A program made the position numbers and the translations under genes. Shown one piece after another: positions 1 through 12,628 of a stretch of DNA of 64,000 nt. The notes under the pieces are model-generated. The model did not search any database. It was not told the DNA's origin and worked only from the letters and a program-made list of their open reading frames with translations. Location: assembly GCF_018977255.1 (NCBI RefSeq), contig NW_024704774.1, forward strand, positions 1,054,001 to 1,118,000. Reading direction: 5' to 3'. Positions within the stretch are counted from its first letter, which is position 1. Every line of letters starts with the position of its first letter. This DNA comes from Callorhinchus milii (Eukaryota).

Positions 1-129
1 GTCCAGCTATCACCATCTTTCTCGTTAGAACTTTATCTTGCAGGATTAACAAGAGCTGAGTGGGAGGATTCCCTGCCCCCAGTGACTGGTGAAAGCCGTT
101 GTATGAAAGCAATTCGTTGTTGTATTGAA

Positions 130-247
130 ACGCGGCTGAGATGCCAATGAGGTGACGTGAGACTGTGGCTCCGCCAATGCCGACAATCACTGCGGGTTAT
201 CAGCAAACTGATGGCACAGACACAACCACACAGACTGAAGAGCAGCA
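130..247 (+). promoter_or_regulatory. TCR V promoter (CCAAT - CRE-like TGACGTGA - CCAAT), copy 1
   Basis: CCAAT 144-148, TGACGTGA 153-160 (95 nt before the ATG), CCAAT 174-178; block conserved upstream of all three intact V genes. Confidence 0.7.
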
Positions 248-1153
248 ATGAGGCTGTTTGCTGTCTGTCTTTTGCTGGGAACCTTTATGTCAGGTGAGGT
301 CAAGTTGAGCTAATTCCGCGTTGTTGCTGAATGATAGCTCCATTCTCACAACAATGGGTGGAAGGAAACCTTATGTAAGTTTCCTTACTCGAAACATAAG
401 CCTCTGTTTATCTAACATTAATGGGAACTCCGTTGTTTTATAAGCCGGGGCTAAACACCCGTCCAAGTATTAATAGTTTCTGAATCCAAACGTTTTTCGT
501 GGAAAGGTGTGACTTCCATTACAGATTCAATAGTACATTAACAAAATTAAATAGTAATTTGGAAACCGATTCTACGACTATGTGCGAGAAACTGCTGTGC
601 CAACTTTGCCCTCAAAAATACACAGCAGTTCACTTTATGGTCTATTCTGTGTGAAACATACAAACATCTCAACCACGTGCTAATGTACTATATGAAACAT
701 GTTGATGATTTTTATTTGATTCTTGACAAACGTAATGTTTATAGCGCGTTTCTTGTCCGGAAGAAATTCCAAGGCGATGGAAAAATAAGTCAGCCAACGA
801 GTGAATGCAAAATTTTCGTGCTGTTCCTCCTTTATTACAGATCTCTGTGACGGGGCCTCTGTCAGTCAGAAAGCTGTCCCGATGGTTAGGAAAGAAGGAG
901 AAACTGTGACTTTTGAATGTACTTATTCCACTTCATATAGCTCTTACAATCTCTGCTGGTTCCGACGTTACCCAGGCAACCAGCCGGAGTTTATCGTTCG
1001 AAGATATTCTCGGGATGACAATCAGTACAAAGGAACAGGATTTGGAAACCGTTTCTCTGCTCAGCTGCAGAAATCCAAGTCATTCACCAGTTTATCCATC
1101 TCTGAGCTGGTGGTGTCTGACAGCGCTGTGTATTACTGTGCCTTTATTCACAC
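248..1153 (+). CDS. TCR alpha/delta V gene segment 1 (leader exon 248-293, V exon 841-1153), intact
   Basis: Leader MRLFAVCLLLGTFMS + G|GTGAG; acceptor TTACAG at 835-840; DLCDGASVSQK...FEC...LCWFR...DSAVYYCAF; phase-1 intron compatible; followed by 23-RSS. Confidence 0.93.
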
Positions 1154-1192
1154 CACAGTGATAGACTGCACTGCAAGTCTCGTACAAAAACT
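1154..1192 (+). other. 23-RSS of V1
   Basis: CACAGTG + 23 nt + ACAAAAACT. Confidence 0.95.
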
Positions 1193-2604
1193 CCGTATGT
1201 ATGTTGGGATGAACCGTCTATTGAAGTGTGTGCGAATCCTTGATGCCCTGCGGGGAGCAAACATGTCTGCAGCCAGAGACAGAGGAAACCGCAACCATCT
1301 CACATCAGCTTGTCAGCAAAACGTTCAAATCATTATCTGTCACAATAAATCCAGACAGCAATCATGTCCGACTTAGGCATTCCAGATCCAATTGCGGTTG
1401 AATAATTTTAGTTTGCAATATTATAAAACAAACCCTTGTCATAGAAATACATCCACGTGTTCGTCGCATCTTCAAAACTATTTTTTTTAAAAATGGTCAC
1501 TCAAACCACGATTGGTTTTGAGATATTGCTGCGTTTAATTGGCTCTCGCGTTTCGCCCACAACATAGAGAGCCAATTCACTTTATAGCTGATTCTGTGAT
1601 TTGCGATGAGTCGTGTCGAATACCTGATGTGGCGCTGTATCAATTGCAAGGATTATTATTGTTGATATTATTATTATTATTATTTGGTGTATGGGAAGCA
1701 GAGCTTCAATATCTGTGCCGTCACAGTTATTGACGGAGGGGTGTTTTGCTGTATTCGAAGCGTTAGATGATAATAGCCACTGGAAAATGCAACACAATAT
1801 TATAACAAGCATTGCTTTACTTCAAGTTCTGCATAAACCTTGAAGCAACGCCAAACTGTGGCACATTGACCAATAGTGTGCGAAATCTAATATTATTTAC
1901 AAAATCATCAAAGATGATCAATTTTTTTGCCAAATAAATTAATGAATTTTTAAATTGAATCCGTAATTTACATTAAGAGGCAAAGTCATTTATAGTTTAA
2001 ATCGAGAGAATTTGGACGGGGAAAAAATGTTACCCTACGGATGAGATGGAAACTTTTTCCGTAGGCTATAATTCTTTCAAAAATAACAATAATAATAATT
2101 TGATCACTTGATCCATGACTACATTTGAAGGAACTGAGCGAAATTTCACTGCGTTTCACCCAAAAAATATACAGTTCATATGGAGGTGGTGGCAGCAAAT
2201 GAGGAAAACCATCAACGTGCTAAAGTGTCCCCAAACCAAGTTGAAATTTCCATGTAACTCTCCAAGCATCGAAATCCCATAGATATATTATTGAAACGTC
2301 ATTTGCAGTCTCTCTCTGGAGGCACGATTCAGCTCATTTATTTCCACAGAGTATTAGGCACAGTTTGGCAAGAGTCAAAATTTGGTGACCCCAGAGGCAG
2401 CAATGGCGTTGTTGCTTGAGTCTATCCAGCTAAATACACATAGCTTGACATTTATAGTGCTGTCTGGTAAGCATTACAGCTGTTTCTCCAGCGGTCAGCA
2501 CAGGGCTTCGGCTCGAGCGGTAATCAGGAGCTGAGTGAATGGATTCACTGCCCACAATGACGAGTGAAAGCCGCGGTATAAAAGTAATTGGTTGTTGTGT
2601 TGAG

Positions 2605-2722
2605 ACGCGACTGAGATGTCAATGAGGTGACGTGAGACTGTGGCTCCGCCAATGCCGACAATCAATGCGGGTTATCAGCAAACTGACGGCACAGACACAA
2701 CCACACAGACTGAGGAGCAGCA
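2605..2722 (+). promoter_or_regulatory. TCR V promoter, copy 2
   Basis: TGACGTGA 2628-2635, 95 nt before the ATG; near-identical to copies 1 and 3. Confidence 0.7.
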
Positions 2723-3641
2723 ATGAGGCTGTTTGCTATCTGTCTGGTGCTGGGAACCTTTATGTCAGGTGAGGTGGTGTTGAGCTATCTCAGTGTTCCT
2801 GATGATTTTCAGCTCCATTTCAACAACAATTTGTGGAAGTAGACCTGTAGTTAAGCCGTTTGTTCACTTGCCTCTCAAGTGAGAGGATCTGGGTTAGATT
2901 CCCGGACGGGACAGGACGAAAACATAGGCAAGTTTCCTAATACCACTTACACGCCTCTGTGTTTAACCGCAATAAGAATAACACTGTTTGCTCATCAGCA
3001 GTTTTAACATAAGCGGTAATAGTATCAACTAAATAATAATCTACCAAACCTTATTAGCGGATTGGCGGATCTCTTTTCCGGGGACAAGAATACATTCAAA
3101 ATTAAAAATAATAAATTGACAACTCATTCCTCGAATAAAAGTGTGACACTACTGTGCACAATTGTGATAATCTGTTATGTAAATTACACTGATTATTATT
3201 GTTCCGTTATTGACAAATACGATATGTTTAGCGCCTTTCTCATCAGCATAACGTCCCGAGCCGCCGAAAGAAATAATTGAGAAAAATAGCGATTAACATA
3301 CTGTCGTTTTCTTCCATGTTTATTACAGAACTCTGCGATGGGGACACTGTCAGTCAGAAAGTTGCCCCGATAGTTAGGAAAGAAACAGAAACTGCGACTT
3401 TTGAGTGTACATTTCACACGACTGAAAGCAACTACCTTCTCTTATGGTACCGACATTACCGAGAAAGGCACCCAGAGTTTATAGTTGTGAGATATTCTTG
3501 GGTAGACGATCAAGACAAAGGAACAGGATTTGGAAATCGTTTCTCTGCTCAACTATACAAATCCAGTTCCTTTACCAGTTTATCCATCTCTGAGCTGGAG
3601 GTGTCTGACAGCGCTGTGTATTACTGTGCCTTTCGTCTCAC
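2723..3641 (+). CDS. TCR alpha/delta V gene segment 2 (leader 2723-2768, V exon 3329-3641), intact
   Basis: Leader MRLFAICLVLGTFMS + G|GT; acceptor AG 3327-3328; ELCDGDTVSQK...FEC...WYR...DSAVYYCAFRLT; open frame. Confidence 0.93.
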
Positions 3642-3680
3642 CACAGTGATAGACTGCACTGCAAGTCTCGTACAAAAACT
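3642..3680 (+). other. 23-RSS of V2
   Basis: CACAGTG + 23 nt + ACAAAAACT; identical to the V1 RSS including the spacer. Confidence 0.95.
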
Positions 3681-4464
3681 GCCTTCACTTTGTACATCTG
3701 TCTGTTGAAGTGTGTGCGGAAAATTGGTCAGGCTTTGAGGCCCTGCGGGGAGCAGACATGTCTGTAGCCAGTGTCAGAGGAAACCACATTCACCTCACAT
3801 CAATTTGTTAGCTAAAGGTCCGCATACTATCTGTCACGATTAACGCAGACAACAATTAGTGAACGAGTTCGGCATTACAGGTCCAGTTTCTATTGAATTG
3901 CTTCAGCTTGCAAGTATAATAAAAATATTTTTTTTATTACATTACTTCCGTTTTAGTGAAACCTTTACATGTATTTAGAAAAGTTGATCACTCAATCCAC
4001 GAGCGTTTGTGGGACACTGCTCTGCTCAGTTGGCTGTCACCTCTCGTTCCCGAAATACAGAGTCAAATCACTTTACAGTTTATTCTGTTAATTGCGCTGG
4101 GGTCGTCTCTAAGGCGTGATGAGGCGCAATATCAAATGCAAGAATTATTATTAATCAATATGTGGGAGGCGGGGCTTCAGTATCTCTGGTGTCAGTGACT
4201 GACAAGGCGGGGCGTTACTGTACCCTGTGCTTCAGGTGTTAAAAGCCACTGGAAAAACAACACATTCATGTTTCATTCATTGCATACATTCAAATTTGGC
4301 AACCAACATTAAGACAGAGCTGAACTCTGTCAGCTGACCAATAGAATCTAGTATTTTTCAAGGTGTGATTTTGAAATGTACATATGGAAATCCCAGAGAC
4401 AAAATTTTGAAATGGATCGCACACACATACTGGAGGACATTAGGCGCAGGTCGGACAGAGACAA

Positions 4465-4732
4465 GGTCAGGGCGAAACCTTGGGCAAGTTTCCTTATTCC
4501 ACACGCCTAATAATAATCCCTCCAAAACCAAAAGCGATAATAAATTGGTCATTTGCAATCTACGAATGTCTGTGGGACATTGCTGTGCGCAATTGGCTGC
4601 CGCGTTCGACCACAAATATACAGTCAATTCACTTTACGGTATATTCTGTGAAGCGCTTCGGGACGTCCTCGCGACGTGTTAAGCGCTATATCAAATGCAA
4701 GGATTATTATTATTATTATCATTATTATTATT
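4465..4732 (+). mobile_element. DeuSINE-like SINE, 5'-degenerate
   Basis: Body GGGACATTGCTGTGCGCAATTGGCTGCCGCGTT, L2-like tail and (TTA)n end shared with full-length copies. Confidence 0.85.
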
Positions 4733-4956
4733 AAGGTTTAGGGCCCTCACAGAATGTGTTTGTGTATCTGCTGGAGCTTAAATAGCTAATATCAAACAGC
4801 TTGCCATTCACATTGCTATCTAGTTTTTTTCAGCAGTCAGCGTCCTTCCCGCCAGAGCTTTGGATCGTAGAATTATCAGTTGCTGAGTGGGAGGATTCCC
4901 AATCCCCAGTGACTGGTGAAAGCCGCTGTATAAAAGCAATTGGTTGTTGTTTTGAA

Positions 4957-5074
4957 ACGCGGCTGAGATGCCAATGAGGTGACGTGAGACTGTGGCTCCG
5001 CCAATGCCGACAATCACTGCGGGTTATCAGCAAACTGATGGCACAGACACAACCACACAGACTGAGGAGCAGCA
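4957..5074 (+). promoter_or_regulatory. TCR V promoter, copy 3
   Basis: CCAAT 4971-4975, TGACGTGA 4980-4987 (95 nt before the ATG). Confidence 0.7.
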
Positions 5075-5963
5075 ATGAGGCTGTTTGCTGTCTGTCTTGT
5101 GTTGGGAACCTTTATTTCAGGTGAGATCGTGTTGAGCTGATTCAGTGTTGCTGCAGATTGTCAGCTCTATACCAACAACAGTTAATGAAGTCCTGTATCT
5201 TGTGGATAGAGCATTGGCCTCACAAGTGAGAGGTTCGATTTGCAGACAGGAAAAACTTTGGGCACGTATCCTTACTTCACAAGATCGCGTCTTTTTGCCC
5301 AGTATTCAGCAAGAACCCGTTCGCCATTTAACCACTGTTGAACACGTCGGTAGTCATCCGATTAACCATAATATTTTCATTCAATGGACGACTGTTTGTG
5401 AGACACCGCAGTGTGGAATTGACCGCCGCGTTTGGACCTCGAGTATACACAGCAATTAACTTGAGACAATTAATTGTCATCGACATGACCATGGTTGATA
5501 TAAAATATTTGGATGATTATTATTTAATTGCTGTCAAAACGTATAGCGACTTTCGCGTTGGCAGGATAATGTCCCAATTTGGTGTAAAATAATTATATCC
5601 AAAAGAGAATAAGAGATTATCGCGTTCTTCTTTGTTTATTACAGATCTCTACGATGGGGACTCTGTCAGTCAGAAGGATGGCCCGATACTGAAGAAAGAA
5701 GGAGAAACTGTGACATTTGAATGTAGCTATTCCACGACTGAGAGCTATTACTACCTCTTCTGGTACCGACATTACCCAGGAAAACAGACAGAGTTTATAC
5801 TAAATAGGGATACATATATTAATCAGGAAAGAAAAGGAGAAGGAATTGGAAATCGATTCTATTCTCGGCTTCCCACTTCCCAATCTGTCACCAGATTATT
5901 CATCTCTAACCTGCTGATGTCTGACAGCGCTGTGTATCTCTGTGCTTTCGCACCCTATAGCCC
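5075..5963 (+). CDS. TCR alpha/delta V gene segment 3 (leader 5075-5120, V exon 5645-5963), intact
   Basis: Leader MRLFAVCLVLGTFIS + G|GTGAG; acceptor AG 5643-5644; DLYDGDSVSQK...FEC...FWYR...DSAVYLCAF. Confidence 0.92.
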
Positions 5964-6002
5964 CACAGTGATGGGAACCAGCCACAGCCTCGTACAAAAA
6001 CT
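5964..6002 (+). other. 23-RSS of V3
   Basis: CACAGTG + 23 nt + ACAAAAACT. Confidence 0.95.
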
Positions 6003-6209
6003 ACCCTGGCTGTGTGAGCTTGGTCTATCCATCTGACCTCTTTCTGTATATTCAGAGTCAGGCTTTGTGTGCAACGTGTTTGAGGGAAAACCACATTCAC
6101 CACAAGTGAATCTGTCTGCTGAAGATCATCGTAATTATTTTTCTCAACAACTTCAGAATGTAAAATAAACATTCAGTTCGCTGCAACAGTCCACGTAATA
6201 TAAGTGAAT

Positions 6210-6892
6210 CATTGACGGTGGCAGGACAGGTGGATAAAGCTCTCTAAAAAATCATACGGGAGATATTAGGCTTTATACATACGGGAATAGAAGACAAAAT
6301 CAGAAAGTTATGACGAACGTTTATAAAACACTATTTAAGCCTCAGCTGGAGACTGGGCTCAGACTGGGCCCCACACTTAAGACGGATGTCAATGCATTGG
6401 AGATGGTGCAAAGTAGATTTACCAGGACGGTACCAGGAATGAGGGACTTCAGTTGTCAGGAGAGGCTTGGGAAGCTAACATTACTCTCCTTGGAGCAGAG
6501 CGGGTAAGAGGAGACGTGAAAGATTATTTCAAAATGATAAAAGACTTCATTAGGTTTAGCAAGCAGAAACTATTTCCGAAAGCGGGTTGGTTGGTAATCC
6601 GAGTGCAACCGATTTAAAATTGTTGCTAAAGAAATAGAGGTTAGGCGAGTGGAAATGTTTTTTCCCAAAGCGATTTGTTTGGATTTGGGATGCATTGCCT
6701 GACAGGGTGTTGGCAGCTGATTGGATAACAACTTTCAAGAGAGAGGTAGATAATTATTTGGAGATGACCAGTTTTCAGACTAATGGCGAAAGTGCGGGGG
6801 AGGTGTTTGAATTGAGAACCTGTTTTCAAAGAGCCGGAACAGAAACGATGGGCCGATTGGCCTAATTTTGTTCCGCATAATTCTATGATTTC
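6210..6892 (+). mobile_element. CR1-type LINE 3' fragment
   Basis: Translates to CR1 ORF2 C-terminal motifs (YKTLFKPQLE...ALEMVQSRFTRTVPGMRDFSCQERLGKLTLLSLEQ), followed by CR1-like 3' end. Confidence 0.85.
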
Positions 6893-7193
6893 ATCGTTTC
6901 CATTTATTTGCTGCATTATGCAAATGCAGCGAAACAAAACATTTTGTAACAGTGCCTGTTTGACTCTAAGGAAGAAAGGAGAATAGATACAAACTGCAAT
7001 TTCCACATTTACCGACAAAATCTACAGGAAACGCGCGTTGCAGTGTATTCGGTGAAGGCGTTAGTGATGTAGAAGACGTTTTAAGGCGCCATATCCAATG
7101 CAAGGATTATTATATTTCTATGACAGTTACCCTGTCAAGTCTTTTGAGACATTTCAGACATAATAATAATTCTTGCGTTTCATATGGAAACAT

Positions 7194-7232
7194 ACCAATG
7201 CTTCAATGCGACTACATCTCTGAACGTCAACC
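7194..7232 (+). pseudogene. Decayed orphan 23-RSS with no V exon
   Basis: ACCAATG + 23 nt + ACGTCAACC; spacer core GACTACA and about 170 nt of 3' flank align with the RSS and flank of the V pseudogene at 16635-16850. Confidence 0.5.
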
Positions 7233-10076
7233 CCAAAGGGAAGATAAAGGGATTCAGATCAGCACACATGTTGATCCTGGCAGTTGACCTATTTGACAAA
7301 TTGTGAAATTGCTGCTGTGTCTCTCAAAGGAAACACTGATTAGTTTCCAACCAGTATAAAAGATTCAGTGGTATCACAGTGAAACAAATATTTGTAAATC
7401 GTGGAAGAAATAATATTAAACTGCACATTTGATGAAGCGCGTTTTTACGTGATCGAAAATCCTCAAAGCGCTTCATATTATACACTGCAAAATGTATGCA
7501 TGTTCCTAACCAGCTGTCCATGAGACTAAATAAATCTTTTAACTTGATGTCTGTTTCTGCAAACATGTGCACCGTATATTGTAAAACATTCTCACAATCG
7601 TTTGCACAGTCACTTACTTCACCGTCGTTTGGGGTCATCCTGTTTTCTATTACACAGTGCAGCCCATGGGCATGATTAATTGTTTCTAAAGCAAGCTGAG
7701 ATATCCAATGATCCCACCTACACGTGGAAATTGCAGAGACAGTTTGTTGGAATAGAAGGCCCACACTCTCCCTGAATGCCAAATTCCAGAAAATATTAGG
7801 CGCAGTTTCTCGAGAGCCGAGACTTGATCAAATCCAGATTGTGCTGCTTGAGTATCGGCTGGAGACTAAGCAGCTAAAACGTCACAGCTTGGCCTTGATA
7901 TTGCTATCTGGCAAGCTTTCTCACAGCTTCTCCAGCAAAGGCCGAGCTGTTCTTTTTTTGGCTGCAGGGTTAACAGGAGATGAGTGGGAGATTTCCCTAC
8001 CCCTAGTGACTGGTCAGCCATTCCATTTCTTGCAGTTGGACCAGGCTGGGCTGTGCTGCCATGAGCAATGAGTGCCTGGAATACTGTGGACCCCTCTGGC
8101 TCATGAACCGGACTAGAAACCATCAAAGACGTTTGCTCGATCCAAATATTCCTATGCAAAATGTGTCACATTCGGGCCATTTTAGCTTCAAGCTGAACCC
8201 CCTTGCAAACTTACCAACATTGCCGCTTACACTTCAAAGCAAAGACTATGTTATATTGGTATAGCAATTTTTACTTCGGGAAAATGTCCCAATGCTTTGG
8301 ATAGTCGAGCTTTGTAACCGAGATTTGGAGGATGTGTGGGTGGGGGGTATTGAAGCAAGTGTTTAGAGATGGTTGGGGTGGGAGTTTGGTGTGGGGGATG
8401 GGAAGTGGGATTGGACGCTGCGGTGTTGAGTTCTTGGGGGCGGAACTGAGTGAAAGAAGATATTAGGTGTTGGGAAAGGGTTGTTCAAGAGGAATGTCTT
8501 GAGATGGAGGTTCTTTATCCGAGAGGAATATTAATGTTATACGACTTGTACTGCCTGCACTGTGTACACGGGTAAATCTTAACCAATTTGCATGATTCAT
8601 AAATCAACTCATCCCGAGACTACACATACACTGTCATTTTCCTGAAACACCGTTAGATGCCGCCTTATAGCAGTACAATAAAACTGGCTGTTGCAAAGCA
8701 GCTTTCGCATCCAGAGAACCCCTCACTTGGGCTTAGCATTGTAGTAATGTGTTGTCCTGTAGTTTAGAGTTCAGAGTACTGGTGCCGCAAGCGAATTGAC
8801 CTGGGTTTGGCCCATGGAGCGAATAAAACTTAGACAATTTCCTACACCGTACGCCTTTCTTTTGTAAGCAGTGAGTCGGAAGCCGATGGACCATCCATTC
8901 TCGGATGGCTTTCTGCAACAACAACAACAACAACAACAAGATTCGATTTATTGAGCGTCTTTCACGTCGGGAGGACGTCCCAAGGCACTGTAGTAAACGA
9001 TGGACACCAAATGTAAATAGACAAGCAAGTACATCAATTTGTAAGTAAATAAAGAAATAAATGAATACATACAAACATGAGTAAGATAGTAATTCGGTCA
9101 AATTATTCACCTCCGTTTGTGGGAAACTGTTGTTTCCAATTTTGCTCACAATATATAGACAACCCACTTTACAACGTATTTTGTGAAGCGCTTTGAGACG
9201 TGATAAGTGTCCATGTGAAATGTAAAGATTAATATGATTAGCTGCATAACCCTGGCTCCAGCATCTTCATATTGTCACCTCACCCTCACACATAGACCCA
9301 AATTGCATAGACTTTCAGGATGGACACAACCAACCCCCCCACCCCCCCAGACACACACATACATACACAGATATGCCTGATAATAATCCCTCAAGAAATA
9401 AAACTCAATAATAAATTGGTTTCTTGAATCCACGGCTGTTTTTGCGGACACCGCTTGGCGCAATTCGCTGCCGCTTTTCGCCCACAACCAAACAGTTACT
9501 ACACTCCACGGTATATCCTGTGAAGCGCTTTGAGATATTCAGAACATGTGGAAAACTTTATACTAAATACAAGCAATATTATTTTTATTAACAGTCAAAA
9601 ATAAATAAGATAATCCTTGCATCTGATATAAGACCTTATGATGTCGTATCGACGTCTCAAGGGAGGAAAGAAACTGGTAATATTTTAGATAATCACAAAA
9701 TTCTGTTATGCACGAATGATCAGTTCAACCTAACACTTCCTCAATCATTTCGATCCTCAACACAAATGCCGATTGTAGAGAAGATTGTTTCATTTCAAAA
9801 CAGACAACAACATAATAATGAGTCTTACACTTGATATCGCACCTCGTTACCTAATGGAGACGTCTCAAAGCGCTGCGCACGATATACTGTCAAGTGCAGT
9901 GACAGTGCGTTTCTTTTGGCGATAGTTGGCAGATAGTCTCAAATTCACAATCCACAAACAATCGTGGATATGGTGAGCAAATTATTATTATTATTTTGAA
10001 GGGCTTCTTGTCTCTGGAAAGCGATCAGCCAATCGATAAAAACGCGAAGGCCTATCTACTGCCAGGTAAACAGAGG

Positions 10077-10437
10077 TGTGAGTGTGTGTGTCTTTGTCAG
10101 TCTGTGGGTGTGCATCTGTGTGTGTGTGTGTGTGTCTGTCTGTGTATGTGTGTCTGTCTCTGCGCCTGTGTGTGTATCTGCGCGTGATGGGAATATTGAT
10201 GGGAGTGGCGATGGGGGTGCAAATAAACTTGCCTCAGGTTTCAAACACAGACAGACTCAGACAGACAGAGACACAGACATAGAGAGAGCCACAAAAACAG
10301 TGAGTTAGATAGACAGACAGACATACACACAGAAACAGAGATCGATAGACAGAAAAACTTACACACAGAAACATAGATAGATAGAAGGCAGACTTACACA
10401 CAGAAACAGAGTCAGACAGACTTACACACAGAAACAG

Positions 10438-10488
<51 letters not shown>

Positions 10489-10490
10489 GA
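10077..10490. repeat. Compound microsatellite: degenerate (GT)n then (GACA)n/(CA)n
   Basis: Directly visible simple repeats. Confidence 0.9.
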
Positions 10491-11178
10491 GATGGATAAA
10501 AAGACAGGCTTAGACACAAACAAATAATGCTGCTTGGATGTAATACAGCGCATGTTCTGGCCATTGAGGCGCGTTAAAACGCATAAAAGGATATCATGTA
10601 AAGTGTGCACCATGCTGGCTCCCTCCTATTCCTGCTCTGTGTCCCCCTGCAGCACCCAATCCCTGTATCACACTCTCTAAACTCAAAGACTCCAACTACT
10701 GCCCTAACATATGCACTCCACCCTAAATTTTCCCTCCTCGCTGCCTTGCACGGCGTCCTCACCCAGACTAGTCGCTTCTTTATTTTTCATTCCCGACTCT
10801 CAGTAAAGCCACTCTCTTCAACACACAATCTTCTCCCAGTCGCAGAGTCCGTTTATACTTCCTGAAATTGGGATTTCGTTAACTGTCCAGTTGATTTCAA
10901 TTGTTTCACCCTCAAATCACACACATCTACAACCTGCTCTGGGGCAAAGTTTGTTTGGTCCGTTTAGTTTCAGTTAGTTTTAGTCCCTTAACTCAGGGAG
11001 AGTCAACCCCCAACCAAATCAAACCCCGCCCACCCCTCAAAGCCGCCGACACCAGCCATGATGTGACGCTGTTCATCACAAATGAACCTCATCTCAAACG
11101 CTCTTACAGCACAGCCCTGTGTTACTCACAGTAACTCTGAGATGTCCGAGGCTGACGCTATCGCTCAGCGGTGAGAGG

Positions 11179-11887
11179 ATGTCTCTCCTCTGTGTCTCCA
11201 TATCCTTCCTCTTCTTACAATGTAAGTGTTTGTTTCCATTAAAAAGCACCACACAGCTCCAGAGAATGTCATCACGACAATGTGCGATATAATAATAATA
11301 CTTGCTTTGACATAGCCCCTTTTCACTTCGATGAGACATCTCAAAGCGCTTCACAGAGTATAATGTAAAAAGAATTGTCCGCGCTTTTTGTCGGCGAAAC
11401 ACGGCAGGCAATTGAGATCAATTGTTTTACTCTAATTATGTTACATATTTTAATTGTTTATATAAATCGATATTGTAATGATATTGTATGTCATGGTTAT
11501 CAATTGATATCAATCATAAACTAAGCCAAGCCTCGGGATGTGATTTTAATCGAAGTGGTCAACATGATTGAAACTGATTTAATATTTTTAAATATTTTCA
11601 GATGTTTTCAGTCTCACAGTGAAGCAGACGCCATCGTCTCTGAGGAAACAAGAATGCGAATCTTTGACCATCAACTGCGCTTTTCTATCAGAATGGTATG
11701 AGAATATCCGGAGCCTGAATTTCTTTTGGCAACTCTCGAATGGGAGACATTGGAAGAGCATTAGCCATGGAGGACGATTTGTTGCAAAGACGGACACGGG
11801 ATCAAAGACGTCTGCTTTGCAGATTAATGATTTGCAAGTTGAAGACAGCAGTGACTACAAATGCAGAGCTCGGTATGAGCGGAATAC
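11179..11887 (+). CDS. NARTCR: NAR-TCR V (IgNAR-like variable segment; leader 11179-11221, V exon 11602-11887)
   Basis: Leader MSLLCVSISFLFLQ + T|GTAAGT; acceptor AG 11600-11601; spliced YVFSLTVKQTPSSLRKQECESLTINC...SISHGGRFVAKTDTGSKTSALQINDLQVEDSSDYKC matches the VNAR framework (QTP, ESLTINC, SISxGGR, GSKS, LxINDLxVEDS) with the VNAR-type short FR2/CDR2. Confidence 0.92.
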
Positions 11888-11925
11888 CACAATGCTGTAT
11901 AGGGACTTCCGACAATACAAAAAGG
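11888..11925 (+). other. RSS of NAR V (22-nt spacer, 23 class)
   Basis: CACAATG + 22 nt + ACAAAAAGG. Confidence 0.85.
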
Positions 11926-12241
11926 CCCTTCACCCACCTCACAGAAATAATATAGAAAACGTGAACTTGCCAATTAATTCAACGCTCATTCCCCATTCGT
12001 TTCTGAAAAGCTATGATGTTGAATAACACTTCGTTGGAGAAGCAATCATCATTTATGAATAGTTAAGAAAAGAGAGTGTATACGAATGGACATCGGCTGC
12101 TTTTCACATTAACAAATTTAATCATCAGAGACAGATGGATTGTCAAGTCCCACTTGGAAAATATTCAAAAGAATATTACTTGTTATGTCATTGATGGATC
12201 ATTTCAAAGGCAGAAATTATTTCAATTGTTTCGCAAAACAG

Positions 12242-12314
12242 ACATTTTGCACTGACATAAAATAATGTGCTGGTTTTCTGGGAAGCCACATTGGAAAACC
12301 TTAGCGCAAATACA
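12242..12314 (+). other. NAR-TCR D segment (core 12270-12286) flanked by 12-RSS on both sides
   Basis: ACATTTTGC-12-TAATGTG [CTGGTTTTCTGGGAAGC] CACATTG-12-GCAAATACA; core open in all three frames; sits midway between NAR V and J. Confidence 0.7.
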
Positions 12315-12628
12315 GTATCGCTATTTTCATCAAAAAGCATTGGACGTGAACACTGATTACTGCGTCCACTTTTCATTTTGTTCAATGTGTCGAATGCTTG
12401 CTTCCGAAATTAATTATATAAGCATAAATTTCTGGAGTTATTTAAAGGAAGAGTTTGTCTGTGCGTTGCACGTTTATTTTATTTCTGTGGAAATATTATT
12501 GAAGCTAAACGTGACTTGGCAGATGGAAAGTACGGAGATGCGACAGCGGTGGAGAGATACGCACTAACGATCAATTTGTCAGAATTTAGCGGTTTTGGTG
12601 CCCGTGTGAAAGCATGAGCTATAAGAAC

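Noticed and set aside
801-1376. 191-aa single-exon ORF (likewise 3277-3708, 5632-6036, 11619-12026, 14865-15272)
   Set aside because: ORFs read through intron and RSS; the real coding parts are the spliced V exons
1986-2198. 70-aa minus-strand ORF MLPPPPYELY...
   Set aside because: Overlaps decayed SINE fragments; no domain or splice support
7724-8264. 115-aa and 67-aa ORFs as a gene
   Set aside because: No recognisable motif or splice structure; probably an unclassified decayed repeat
12311-12338. Alternative D 3' RSS TACAGTA-12-TCAAAAAGC
   Set aside because: Lacks the essential CAC; the CACATTG-12-GCAAATACA signal fits better
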